Positions 1-9,188 of a stretch of DNA of 64,000 nucleotides are shown piece by piece. The notes beneath the pieces are model-generated. The model made no database searches and had not been told where the DNA came from. It worked only from the letters and a program-made list of their open reading frames with translations. How positions within the stretch are numbered: position 1 is the first letter of the stretch; every line of letters starts with the position of its first letter. The stretch is taken from positions 1 through 64,000 of IMG/VR virus record IMGVR_UViG_3300037418_003165. One strand, 5' to 3'. A program made the position numbers and the translations under genes. The DNA is from a virus (Duplodnaviria; Heunggongvirae; Uroviricota; Caudoviricetes).

Positions 1-74
1 GGCCCGAATTCGCTGACGACGTGCTCCTGGTCGACCTGCCGCGGGCCGCCTACTACGGACTGGAGCTGCAATGA
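1..74 (+). CDS. 3' end of upstream gene (partial). Frame 3 reads ...EFADDVLLVDLPRAAYYGLELQ* and ends in an ATGA overlap with the next gene.
   Basis: Open frame with GC3 bias from the window start. Its stop TGA at 72-74 overlaps the ATG at 71. Confidence 0.4.
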   Translation, partial: PEFADDVLLVDLPRAAYYGLELQ

Positions 75-901
75 CCGAAACAGCCACCGCCGCCACCGGT
101 TCCGACCACACTGCCACCGGCCAGCCCGGGCGTGCGCTTCCGCAGACCGAGCTCGCGTTGCGCGCAGCGCGGGAATATCCGCGCAACATCGAGCGCGCCG
201 CTGAGGAAATGCGGGCGGCCTGCTCGCGGATCAGCACTGCCGAACGGGCTTTCTATCTGCGAGAAGACCGCTCGACCGGGACGACGGTCCACCTGATGCG
301 CGAGCTGGCCCGGATCTGGGGCAACGTCGACTACGGCGTCGTCGAGGTCTCCCGCGACACCGCGGCCGGCCGATCCGATATCCGCGCCTACGCCTGGGAC
401 CTCGAGTCCAATGCGTTGACCAGCCGCGGCTTCCTCGCGCCGCACCTCAAGCCGGTGACCAGCGGCCTGACCGAGAAGTCCAGCGAGCCGGCCGACATCT
501 ACGCCTCCAACCAGAACATCGGCGCCCGCGCGGTCCGCGAATGCATCGGGCATGTGCTGCCGGGCTGGTGGGTCGACGAAGCGCGCGACCTGTGCTGGAC
601 CACCCTGGACAACGGTGACGGCAGCCCGCTCGCCGAACGCCGCGACCGGATGGTCGACCGGTTCGCCGCGATCGGGGTCAAACCCGAGCAGCTGGAGAAA
701 CGCCTCGGCGACCGGCAGCGACGAAAGTGGGCGCCGATCGACCTCGCGCAACTGTCGATCCTCTACACCGCCATCACGCGCGAAGGTCGCGACAAGCACG
801 AGGAATTCCCACCGATGACGTCGGTGACCGCTAGCGACATCCAGTCCCGCCGCGGCCGCGGTCGCGGCGACACCCAGCCGTCGCGGTCACCGCGGTCATG
901 A
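71..901 (+). CDS. Hypothetical early protein, possibly a RecT-like ssDNA-annealing protein.
   Basis: 276-aa ORF with a GGAG RBS 7 nt upstream. Its C-terminal motif RAVRECIGHVLP resembles the RecT C-terminal region. No search was run. Confidence 0.6.
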   Translation: MTETATAATGSDHTATGQPGRALPQTELALRAAREYPRNIERAAEEMRAACSRISTAERAFYLREDRSTGTTVHLMRELARIWGNVDYGVVEVSRDTAAGRSDIRAYAWDLESNALTSRGFLAPHLKPVTSGLTEKSSEPADIYASNQNIGARAVRECIGHVLPGWWVDEARDLCWTTLDNGDGSPLAERRDRMVDRFAAIGVKPEQLEKRLGDRQRRKWAPIDLAQLSILYTAITREGRDKHEEFPPMTSVTASDIQSRRGRGRGDTQPSRSPRS

Positions 902-1500
902 ACATCCCATTCCGCCCGGGCGGCATACGTCGCATGCTGCCGAAACAGCAACCGCGCCAATCGAAACCGAAGAAGCCCGGTCAAACGCGCACCCGCTGGA
1001 TCGTGAAGGGCCGCGCCAACGGTCGCTGCGAGCGCTGCGGCGGGATCGGCGAAAGCATCCATCACCGCCAGAACGAAGGACAAGGCGGCCCCTGGACGCC
1101 TTCGAACTGCGTGTGGCTGTGCGGCGACGGTGTCCGCGGTTGCCACGGCTGGGCCACCAATTACCCGCTCAGCGCGTGGCTCGACGGTTACCACCTCAAG
1201 CCCAACGAAGACCCGACCAAACGCCCCATCGAGCACGCCGTGTTCGGACGCGTGCTGCTGCTCGACGACGGCAGCTACACCGCCGCCGACCGGCTCGACG
1301 CCTACGGAGAACCCTGCATGACCTGGACCCAGCCGCACTGCGCCGGCTGCTTCGAACATGAGTACCCCGGTCGCCGCCCGGCACGGGTGACCGGCGCCGA
1401 CGTCGAAACGTGCTGCCGATGCGGCAAGACCAACCGCGACGGCATCTACGCGCGCGTCGATCCGAGCACTGTCCCGTTTCCGAAAGAAGGCGACGACTGA
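898..1500 (+). CDS. HNH endonuclease.
   Basis: CxxC...HH..N...C...H motifs (GRCERCGG...IHHRQNEGQGG...CVWLCGDG..CHGW). ATGA overlap with the upstream gene. Confidence 0.75.
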   Translation: MNIPFRPGGIRRMLPKQQPRQSKPKKPGQTRTRWIVKGRANGRCERCGGIGESIHHRQNEGQGGPWTPSNCVWLCGDGVRGCHGWATNYPLSAWLDGYHLKPNEDPTKRPIEHAVFGRVLLLDDGSYTAADRLDAYGEPCMTWTQPHCAGCFEHEYPGRRPARVTGADVETCCRCGKTNRDGIYARVDPSTVPFPKEGDD

Positions 1501-2255
1501 TGATCGATGTCATACACCTGCGCGGCACCAAAGAGCCGATATCTGATCAGCACGGGATATCGCGGACGTTCCTGAATGCACTCGACCCCACACGGTTTCG
1601 GTCCCTGCTTGTCGATTGCCCGGGCGACTACGGAGACCCCATCCCGTTCGGGGTCTCCAACGACATCGGCCGCGCCCACGCCCTGGAAGTGATCGCCGGT
1701 AGCGGCAACCTTCTAGTGCTGTCCGGATACTCCGCTGGCGCGTATATCGCTGGAGACCTTGCCGCTGACATCGCCGCCAAGCGTGTGCCCGGCGTCGATC
1801 CGAATCGGCTGCTCGGTTGCGCCTTGATCGCGGACCCGAAGCGCCCCGAATTCGCGGGCGCGCCCGGGCTCGCCACACCGCCCGGGTACGGGATCGCCGG
1901 GCAGCGACCAGTGCCCGATGTCCGGACATGGTGGGGCACAGCGTCCCACGACCCGATCAGCGCGCTGCCCGCGGACAACATGCTGCGCTCACTGGCCGAC
2001 CTATCGGTCTACGCGTCGCTGGATCCGATGCGCTGGGCGATGTGGGCCCAATCGGTGGTCAGCGTGATCGCCGCGCGGAAGCTGCAGCCCTGGTGGGCGG
2101 TCTGGCGCAAGCCGCTGCCCCGTGTGATTGCCGCCGAGCAGGCCGCGCTCGGGTATCTGACCGGCCGCCATACCACCGACTACCTCACCGAAGGGATCTG
2201 CGTGGGCTTGGCGGCCGCGGTGAACAACGCGTTCCCGGCACAGGAGAGCGCATGA
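1500..2255 (+). CDS. Cutinase-family serine esterase (LysB-like).
   Basis: LRGTKEP...LSGYSAGA matches the cutinase ARGTxEP and GYSQG nucleophile-elbow motifs. ATG at 1500 shares a base with the upstream stop (TGATG). In frame with listed ORF 1410..2255. Confidence 0.65.
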   Translation: MIDVIHLRGTKEPISDQHGISRTFLNALDPTRFRSLLVDCPGDYGDPIPFGVSNDIGRAHALEVIAGSGNLLVLSGYSAGAYIAGDLAADIAAKRVPGVDPNRLLGCALIADPKRPEFAGAPGLATPPGYGIAGQRPVPDVRTWWGTASHDPISALPADNMLRSLADLSVYASLDPMRWAMWAQSVVSVIAARKLQPWWAVWRKPLPRVIAAEQAALGYLTGRHTTDYLTEGICVGLAAAVNNAFPAQESA

Positions 2256-3661
2256 CCACCGTCGACGACCGACAAACCCAGACCGGCGCGGTGTGCCGCT
2301 GCTGCATCGACATCGAAGTGGGGGTCTACCTCAATGACTATCGCGTCCTGGCCGCTCTGTGCGACGGCGGGATGGCCGAAGGAGAGCCAATGGCAAGAGA
2401 ATTCACCAAACTGTGGGGCTCCCTATTCACCGATCGCCGGTTCGTCGATCTCTGCGTATTCGACAAGATCGTGTTCGTCCAGCTCATGGGCCCGAGCGAA
2501 TGCAACCGCGCCGGTGTTGTCCGGCTGTCGCTGCGGCGCTGGCTGCGGTGGCTCGCGCCGGCATCGGAAGAGCAGTTGAAAGCCGCCCTGAATCGCCTGG
2601 AGCGCGCCGGTCTGGTGTTCATCGACCCGGACACCGAGGAAGTGTTCGTGTGCCCGTACATGGAGGAAGACGAGACCTACAAACAGCCGTGGCCGATGGT
2701 CAACGCCTTCCGCGAGATGACCCGGGTCCACAGTCCCAAGATCGCCGCGATGCTGCTCGAGGAACTCGATCGATTCGAGATCGCGCGGCCCTCGGGAACG
2801 AGCGCGACTGCAGTGAAGGTGCGCGCGGCCCTCGATGCCGCGGAACGGGATGCGCTGAAGCAGCTGAACAGCCTCGTCGACGGTGCCCCACTGAATTTCG
2901 AGCTGCCGTTCCCCGATGTTTCCATCGATGTGCACTTCGGCCCGGCGGTATCCGAATCGCCCGCTGCGCCGCTCACGCCGGCACCGACGACACGCCGGGG
3001 AGAACCCTTCTCCGAACCCTTCGGTGAACCCTTCAGCGAAGGGTTCGCGCCGCGACACGCCGCCGCGGCCGATACATCCACCCTACCTGCAGAAACCCCA
3101 GGTGAACCCTTCTCGGAAGGGTTCGAAGAAGGGTTCGAGGCACCGGGGCCGCGACACGCCGATGGAGAACCCTTCGGAGAACCCTCCGGTATAGGTGCAG
3201 GTGTTCTTGTTAACTCACCTGTTCTTTCAGGCGAGATTCAAGAATTTGGGGCTCACCTCAAGCAACCAACTCACTTGCGCGTGGCGGCATTCGACACGAG
3301 CCCCCCGATGGCCAGCTGCCCCGATCACCCGGACGGCACCAACAATCCCTGCCGCCGGTGCGAAGCCAACCGCAAGGCCCACACCCGCGAACAAGCCCGC
3401 GCCCACTCAGAACGAGTCCATCGCGACGCCGACGCCAAACGCCGCGCCTGGGAGGCCTGCCCCCTCGGCTGCCTCGAACGCCGCGGCTACACACCCGAGG
3501 GCAACCTGTGCACTCACGACCCGGAAGAGCTCACCCGCCCCATGCCCGGTCGTGACCAATACCGCGAGGTCCTGGCCGCCATCAACGACCGAGTGTCGAA
3601 CAAGCGCGCCGCCGAACCCAGCCGCGGCAACCGCGCCGACCGCCGGCGACGAAGGAAGTGA
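2252..3661 (+). CDS. Putative replication initiator-like protein with an internal iteron array and AT-rich region. Carries EPF/GEPF peptide repeats.
   Basis: 470-aa frame from ATG 2252 (ATGA overlap). The DNA encoding the EPF-repeat segment contains eight or more copies of GAACCCTTC/GAAGGGTTC, followed by an AT-rich patch. Confidence 0.5.
   Translation: MTTVDDRQTQTGAVCRCCIDIEVGVYLNDYRVLAALCDGGMAEGEPMAREFTKLWGSLFTDRRFVDLCVFDKIVFVQLMGPSECNRAGVVRLSLRRWLRWLAPASEEQLKAALNRLERAGLVFIDPDTEEVFVCPYMEEDETYKQPWPMVNAFREMTRVHSPKIAAMLLEELDRFEIARPSGTSATAVKVRAALDAAERDALKQLNSLVDGAPLNFELPFPDVSIDVHFGPAVSESPAAPLTPAPTTRRGEPFSEPFGEPFSEGFAPRHAAAADTSTLPAETPGEPFSEGFEEGFEAPGPRHADGEPFGEPSGIGAGVLVNSPVLSGEIQEFGAHLKQPTHLRVAAFDTSPPMASCPDHPDGTNNPCRRCEANRKAHTREQARAHSERVHRDADAKRRAWEACPLGCLERRGYTPEGNLCTHDPEELTRPMPGRDQYREVLAAINDRVSNKRAAEPSRGNRADRRRRRK
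2995..3190 (+). repeat. Iteron-like 9-mer array (GAACCCTTC and its complement GAAGGGTTC, at least 8 copies in both orientations).
   Basis: Read directly at 3001-3050, 3100-3140 and 3160-3185. Confidence 0.7.
3185..3275 (+). promoter_or_regulatory. AT-rich low-GC patch with inverted repeat CAGGTG...CACCTG next to the iterons. Candidate DNA-unwinding element / origin.
   Basis: ggtgcaggtgttcttgttaactcacctgttctttcaggcgagattcaagaatttgg contrasts with the 65% GC surroundings. Confidence 0.45.
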
Positions 3662-3909
3662 TCGCGATGCCTCACGACCGCACCGGCGAAGAGATCGAAC
3701 TCGACGACGAGCCGACGCCCGAGCCGCCCAGGCCCCGCTGCCGGCGCTGCGGCGGCAGCGGCTGGCTCGGCGTCGACGACGAAGAGCGACCGATCCCGTG
3801 CCCGGAATGCAAAGACCACCTGCTCGGCGGCACCGCCGTCGTCCACGACTTCTCCAACCGCCTGCCCTCCCAGCGGGCCCAGCTCGCGATCGAAAGAGAC
3901 AACCTGTGA
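3658..3909 (+). CDS. Small Cys-rich (CxxC...CxxC) protein.
   Basis: GTGA overlap start. CRRCGGSGW...CPEC zinc-ribbon pattern. Confidence 0.55.
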   Translation: MIAMPHDRTGEEIELDDEPTPEPPRPRCRRCGGSGWLGVDDEERPIPCPECKDHLLGGTAVVHDFSNRLPSQRAQLAIERDNL

Positions 3910-4313
3910 CAACACGCATTTCGCTGGAAATCGAATCTCCCTGCGGCAACATGAAAACCGACCTGACGACCGGCGAAGGCCGTGAGCACGACGGCGCCGA
4001 GGTCGAAGCAACCCGCATCATCGACACCCTCGGCTTCGCCGCGGTGATGGCGATCGGCGCCTACGGAATCGACCACCAGGACCTCATCGAGGCCATCCGC
4101 AGCGCAGCGGGCCCAACGATGACCGCCCGCCCCTCGACTCCACCCCGCCGCAACCCCGACGGCAGCACCACGATCACGGTGAAGACCTGCTGCCGCGCCT
4201 GCGGCCGGACCCTCGGCGACGCCACCCGCGAGGAACTCGACGACGCCATCGCTGGCCTCCCGTTGCCGGACCTCTCGGACGAATGCGGCTGCAAGGGAGC
4301 GCGACAGCCATGA
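3906..4313 (+). CDS. Hypothetical protein.
   Basis: GTG start overlapping the upstream stop. GC3-biased frame VTTRISLEIESPCGNMKT... within listed ORF 3195..4313. Confidence 0.5.
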   Translation: MTTRISLEIESPCGNMKTDLTTGEGREHDGAEVEATRIIDTLGFAAVMAIGAYGIDHQDLIEAIRSAAGPTMTARPSTPPRRNPDGSTTITVKTCCRACGRTLGDATREELDDAIAGLPLPDLSDECGCKGARQP

Positions 4314-4921
4314 CCCAGCCCCGCAGCAAAGACCTCCACGCTGCCCTCGCGCACGCATGTCAGCTCGCCAAACGCCATGGCGTCAGGACGATTACACCGA
4401 CGGAGTTCCTCATCAGGGGTACCGAATCCGGACGAACCCACGCGCTCTTCGTCGACGGCCACCACGTGATCAGCGTGATGATCAACCCGGCCGGCCTCGC
4501 GACCTTCGCGATGGCCGAAATGCAGTGGAAAGAGCACGACGCCTGGCGGATCGCCGCCGAGCCCCTCGCTGAACCCGCCGCCGCGGATCCCGCGCTCCGC
4601 GCACCCGCCCGCGGGCAGTGCCCCGACTGCCGAGGCGACTACCAGCTGCGCGGCGACGGCCGCCTCCGCCAACACCGCGGCCTCTACGCAGGCCAACCGC
4701 GCAGCGCGGGCCCCTACAAATGCGGCGGCGTTGGGAAACTGCCGGTCGACCATGCCACGGACGACCCCCGATGCGGCGAGTGCGGCGGCTCGGATCCCGG
4801 CGACAACGGGCTGTGCTCGGGATGCATGCAGGTCGTGTGCGTCGGCGCCGAGATACCCACCGACGGCGGCGAATTCGAATACGGCGACGAGCCGGACTAC
4901 GACAGGGGCACCGATGCCTGA
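4310..4921 (+). CDS. Hypothetical Cys-rich protein.
   Basis: ATGA overlap. MTQPRSKDL... Confidence 0.55.
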   Translation: MTQPRSKDLHAALAHACQLAKRHGVRTITPTEFLIRGTESGRTHALFVDGHHVISVMINPAGLATFAMAEMQWKEHDAWRIAAEPLAEPAAADPALRAPARGQCPDCRGDYQLRGDGRLRQHRGLYAGQPRSAGPYKCGGVGKLPVDHATDDPRCGECGGSDPGDNGLCSGCMQVVCVGAEIPTDGGEFEYGDEPDYDRGTDA

Positions 4922-5267
4922 CACGAAAACCACTTGGACTCAGCAGGAACTCGTCGACGAGGCACGCCGCCGATTCGGCGACGACCACTGGACCTGGGCT
5001 TTCCGCTGCCCGCGCTGCGGCGACATCGCAACCGCCCGCGACTTCAAAGACGCCGGGGCCGCCCCTGAACGCATCGGCCAGGAATGCATCGGTCGGCACC
5101 TCGGCGCACTGAAGGGACCGCCCACGACCGACGGCGGCCAGTCGATCGCCACCCGCGGCTGCGACTGGGCCGCCTACGGCCTCATCTCGGGTCCGTGGTC
5201 GATCGTCATGCCCGACGGCCATAAGGCCCCGTCGTTTCCGCTCGCGGAGGCGGCGCCCAATGCCTGA
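4914..5267 (+). CDS. Hypothetical protein.
   Basis: ATG 4914 overlaps the upstream end. MPDTKTTWTQQELVDE... Confidence 0.5.
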   Translation: MPDTKTTWTQQELVDEARRRFGDDHWTWAFRCPRCGDIATARDFKDAGAAPERIGQECIGRHLGALKGPPTTDGGQSIATRGCDWAAYGLISGPWSIVMPDGHKAPSFPLAEAAPNA

Positions 5268-6006
5268 CCAGAACCGGCCGACCGACGAGCAAGTGCGCGA
5301 GTGGGGCGAGCGCCTGGCCGTTATGCCGCCACGCACCCCTACCGCATGGTCGCTCGCACGAACGCTGTACGCCGAGCTCGTCGATGAGCGGGAACGCGTC
5401 GCCAACCTGGCGCATGGTCGCGATATCGAGCAGACCGCACTGCGCGGCGCCATAGCCCGCATCGCCGAACTGGAAGCGGCGCAGTCCCGTTGCCAAACGA
5501 CGACCGCTATCGCCGTGTGGGATGGAGTCGCCGACGGCCGCAGCATCTGGTGCGAACTGCCGGACGGCCACGACGGAAAGCATCGCGCCACCGTCCCGCA
5601 GCCCGGCAACGTGGACGCCACCGTCGACTGGGGCAACCCGCCGACGGAGCGGATCGGCTACGCGGTCGGCTACTGCCTCGACAGCGAATTCGTGTCGCTG
5701 GGCAGCGACACCCTCTACACGGCCCCGGCCGAGGCTGCAGACGAACTGGCCGCCGCGCAGTCGGAATCGCCGGCCACCCCGTTCCGCGTGTACGAGCTCC
5801 GTGAGGTGCGTGGCGAGGGTGCGCCGAGCGCCGCCCCGGCCGGTTATGCCGTGGTGACCCGTAATCCGGAAGGCGGCCTGCATCGTTCGGCCACGGTCTG
5901 GGACGACCTGGATCGCGCAACCGCGGCAGGGGATTTCCAGGCTAGGCACGCTGAGGGCACTGGTTGCTCTGCCGCCGTGTACGCGCTGCGGGAGGTCCAG
6001 CCGTGA
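5260..6006 (+). CDS. Hypothetical protein.
   Basis: 248-aa listed ORF that overlaps the upstream stop. Confidence 0.55.
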   Translation: MPDQNRPTDEQVREWGERLAVMPPRTPTAWSLARTLYAELVDERERVANLAHGRDIEQTALRGAIARIAELEAAQSRCQTTTAIAVWDGVADGRSIWCELPDGHDGKHRATVPQPGNVDATVDWGNPPTERIGYAVGYCLDSEFVSLGSDTLYTAPAEAADELAAAQSESPATPFRVYELREVRGEGAPSAAPAGYAVVTRNPEGGLHRSATVWDDLDRATAAGDFQARHAEGTGCSAAVYALREVQP

Positions 6007-6221
6007 CCATGATCAGAGAGAAACATCGGCACCAGTGCAGCCCGCCTCCGGCATGGCAGTTCCGCAAGGGCTCGGTGTGGCTGTGCGATGACTGCGGCCG
6101 GTTCTGGATCAAACGGCTGGGCGACCGGTTGACGTTCGGATTTCAGACCGGGCATTGGCTCCGCATACGCAATCCGCTCCGTGTCTGGAAGTTGCGACGC
6201 GAGGCGGTGGCTGCGCGATGA
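6003..6221 (+). CDS. Small hypothetical protein.
   Basis: GTGA overlap start. CxxC pair. Confidence 0.45.
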   Translation: MTMIREKHRHQCSPPPAWQFRKGSVWLCDDCGRFWIKRLGDRLTFGFQTGHWLRIRNPLRVWKLRREAVAAR

Positions 6222-6427
6222 CCGAGCCTCGATGCGACTGGAGCGATCTGCCGGTCAGCATGTGCGCCCACTGCCGGCCTGCCGAAGATGACACCCCGAG
6301 CGAAGAGGTCCACTGGCTCACCGCCCGCTACGCCGGATGCTGCGCGGACTGCGGAGGGGCGATCGAACCAGGCGACCGGATCGCATTCACCGACGACGAT
6401 TATCTGTGCGGGGAGTGTGGCGAATGA
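6218..6427 (+). CDS. Small zinc-ribbon protein.
   Basis: ATGA overlap. CAHC...CADCGG...CGECGE. Confidence 0.5.
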   Translation: MTEPRCDWSDLPVSMCAHCRPAEDDTPSEEVHWLTARYAGCCADCGGAIEPGDRIAFTDDDYLCGECGE

Positions 6428-6960
6428 GCGAAACCGCCCACGGCCCTGTCGATGAGATCGGCGCGTTCGAGCGTCAGGAATGGTTCGGCGCGAAGGCCGA
6501 ATTGCGTTGGACGAAAACGCAACTCGGCAAACTGTCCCGAGAATGTCGAGTGCTCGCGACCTACACTGTGGTGCTGGCCGCCGTGTCCGGAGTGCTCGCG
6601 GCCACCGCGATCACCAACGGATCGACTCTGTGGTGGCTGCTCACCGTCGGCTCCGCAATCAGCTGCGCACTCGTCCTGACGTATTTCGGGTTCTCGGTGT
6701 TCGACCACGGCATCGCGCGCAAACGCGTCGAGCGGGCCGCGGCCGTGCTGGATCACCTGCAGCCGCCAGGGGAACGCACTCGACTGGCCGGATTCGTGAT
6801 CGCCCGCATCGAAGAACGCAACGACGACACCGAGGCCCCCCAACTCTACGGCTTCAGCGAAGACGTCCTCACCAGTTACGAAGCCGCCGACCAGCGCCTG
6901 CAGATGGCAAACGACTGGCGCACCGGCTGGCACATGTACGCACTCAGGGAGATTCGATGA
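6424..6960 (+). CDS. Membrane protein with two TM helices.
   Basis: ATGA overlap. Hydrophobic segments VLATYTVVLAAVSGVLAATAI and WWLLTVGSAISCALVLTYFGF. Confidence 0.55.
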   Translation: MSETAHGPVDEIGAFERQEWFGAKAELRWTKTQLGKLSRECRVLATYTVVLAAVSGVLAATAITNGSTLWWLLTVGSAISCALVLTYFGFSVFDHGIARKRVERAAAVLDHLQPPGERTRLAGFVIARIEERNDDTEAPQLYGFSEDVLTSYEAADQRLQMANDWRTGWHMYALREIR

Positions 6961-7415
6961 CCCAGACAGCACGACCACTGCGACCACTGCCCGCGCCGAA
7001 GGTCAGTCTCAACGACCCACGCGCACGTGGATCCCGGACGCCGGCGTGGACGTTTGTGACCACCTTCAGCGCGCAGCGCCGACACCTGCCAAACCGGCGA
7101 AACCGGATCTACACCCTCTGCCACGCAGCAGCCTGTCAAGTCGGTGACCTCGTCCGCACCGGGCACGTCACCCAGGAAGAGATCGACGCGCTGATGCCCT
7201 GCCCCACCTGCATCAAGGCCCTCGCGCAAGGCGGCAGCCCGTGCGAGCACACCGACGCTTACGCCGGCCGCGTCGAGGCCCACAACCCTGAGCGAGGAAT
7301 CCGGAGCTCAGTCGATACCTGCCTGAGGTGCGTCGAGATCAGCCGCGCGTACGTGGCCGCCGTGGCCGGCGCCCCGGCATCCGGGTTCATCGCGTTCCAA
7401 CGCTTCATCGCCTGA
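6957..7415 (+). CDS. Hypothetical Cys-rich protein.
   Basis: ATGA overlap. Confidence 0.5.
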   Translation: MTQTARPLRPLPAPKVSLNDPRARGSRTPAWTFVTTFSAQRRHLPNRRNRIYTLCHAAACQVGDLVRTGHVTQEEIDALMPCPTCIKALAQGGSPCEHTDAYAGRVEAHNPERGIRSSVDTCLRCVEISRAYVAAVAGAPASGFIAFQRFIA

Positions 7416-7459
7416 CCCAGGCGCACCCCGAGCTCCACCGGCATCCGACACAGATTGGA

Positions 7460-8095
7460 ATGGCAGTGATCGAAAACACCAGCAGCAGAGACCCTTTCAC
7501 TCATTTTCTCGGCCTCTTGAGCGACGGCCAGGACAAGTACATCACCGGCATGGAAGCCGCAGGGCAGAGCCAGTTCGTCACCAGCGCTGCCATGCCGAAA
7601 GACAGTCCGTGGGACCAACTCGAAGCGCTCGGTTTCGTCCGTGGCGACGCCGTGGCCGGCGACGACCTGTTCGTCTCCGCCACGCTGCCCGAAGGATGGT
7701 CGAAACAGGCCACCGACCACTCGATGTGGTCCAAGATCGTCGACCAGCGCGGAATCGAACGCGTCAGCATCTTCTACAAGGCAGCGTTCTACGACCGCAA
7801 GGCGTTCTCCCACCTCGTCCATATCGGCCACCAGTTCGCCCGCAATGCGATCTGGGGAGACCAACCGGCGAAGCTGCCCGAGTCCTGGGACTTGCTTACC
7901 GACGATGAGAAGACCTCCTGCGCGGCCGCCCTCGACGAGGCGCGCGCCGACGAACTGGAGAAACGCTCCTGGATGGCGGACAACCCCGCCGGATTGGACA
8001 CCATCGCCCAACGCGTCGCGCGCATCGACGCAGCGAAGGCGCTGCTCGAATCGGCGGGTGTCGCCCGGCAGACCACCGAAGCCGCAGCCCAGTAG
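7460..8095 (+). CDS. Hypothetical protein, paralog of 9189..9698.
   Basis: Shares DDLFVSATLPEGW / DPLFVHATLPEGW and other blocks with the downstream gene. Confidence 0.6.
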   Translation: MAVIENTSSRDPFTHFLGLLSDGQDKYITGMEAAGQSQFVTSAAMPKDSPWDQLEALGFVRGDAVAGDDLFVSATLPEGWSKQATDHSMWSKIVDQRGIERVSIFYKAAFYDRKAFSHLVHIGHQFARNAIWGDQPAKLPESWDLLTDDEKTSCAAALDEARADELEKRSWMADNPAGLDTIAQRVARIDAAKALLESAGVARQTTEAAAQ

Positions 8096-8170
8096 ATCCC
8101 CGTGGTGCCAGATGCCTCACCACGGACCCGCCCCAACGCATGAAATCCACTCGACAGAAAGAGGTTTCAC

Positions 8171-9106
8171 GTGCCAGGAACATTCATCACGTTCATCGTG
8201 CTCATCAGCATCGGCCTGGTGGTGACGGCCATAGGCAGGGTCGCGCGCAAGGCTGCCGGCGACGATGACGAGCTGGCCTTCGGCGGGGCAGTCGGCACGG
8301 GAATCGGCCTGGCGGCATGCTGCCTCGCGCTGCTGTTCCTCGCGCTGTCGTGCTTCGACGTCGTCTCGACCCGCAATGTCGGCGTAGTCACGAGCTTCGG
8401 CCGCCCGGTCGCGACCCGGTCCAACGGTCTCGTGGAGCACTGGCCATGGCAGCAGATGTCGGAGCTTTCGGGAACCATCGAAACCGACAGTCAGACCGGC
8501 GGATTCGACGACAAGAACAAATGCACCGGCGGCACTACGGTCCGGCTCGGCAACAACGCCGCCGCCTGCGTGGACAACACCATCCGGTGGCGCATCGTCC
8601 CCGCAGCCGGCGACGAACTGTTCCGCGATTACCGCGACGACGCGAACATCCGCGACAGCCTCGTCACGCGCGAACTGAACGCCACCCTGAACGGCTACTT
8701 CGCCAGCTACAACCCCCTCAGCCCCGACGCGAACGCTGCGGCGCCGAGCCTCGCTGACATCTCCGATCGCGTCACGAAGGCATTGCAGGAAAACCCGAAG
8801 GTCAAGGGCCGCATCGATATCCAGAACGTGATCATCCCCATCGTGCACTTCGACACGAAGACGCAGGGACAGATCGACGCGTACCAGCAGCAGATCGCGC
8901 AGACCCGTGTCGCGCAGGAGTCCGAGAAGACCGCGGCCGCGCAGGCTGAGGCCAACCGCATCCTGGCCGACAGCATCAGCAAGGACCCCGGCGTGATCGC
9001 GTGGCGGTGCCTGGATCTCATCGACCGCGGCAAGCAATTGCAGCCCGGATTCCAGTGCCCCGGCAGCGGCGTCGCCGCACCTCAGATCATCGTCCCCGCC
9101 AAGTAG
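8171..9106 (+). CDS. SPFH/band-7 (prohibitin/HflK-like) membrane protein.
   Basis: N-terminal TM helix followed by RNVGVVTSFGRPV, typical of an SPFH domain start. Coiled-coil C-terminus. RBS AAAGAGG. Confidence 0.65.
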   Translation: MPGTFITFIVLISIGLVVTAIGRVARKAAGDDDELAFGGAVGTGIGLAACCLALLFLALSCFDVVSTRNVGVVTSFGRPVATRSNGLVEHWPWQQMSELSGTIETDSQTGGFDDKNKCTGGTTVRLGNNAAACVDNTIRWRIVPAAGDELFRDYRDDANIRDSLVTRELNATLNGYFASYNPLSPDANAAAPSLADISDRVTKALQENPKVKGRIDIQNVIIPIVHFDTKTQGQIDAYQQQIAQTRVAQESEKTAAAQAEANRILADSISKDPGVIAWRCLDLIDRGKQLQPGFQCPGSGVAAPQIIVPAK

Positions 9107-9188
9107 ACCCCGATGAGGTGGCCCGAACCGGAACCGGTTCGGGCCACCGGCGGCACCGAACCGATATCACCGATTGGAACACCACACG

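Noticed and set aside
3195-4313. A 372-aa + ORF overlapping the 3' end of the initiator gene and the small genes.
   Set aside because: It shows proline/arginine-rich frame read-through. The genuine genes here are the short overlapping ORFs 3658-3909 and 3906-4313.
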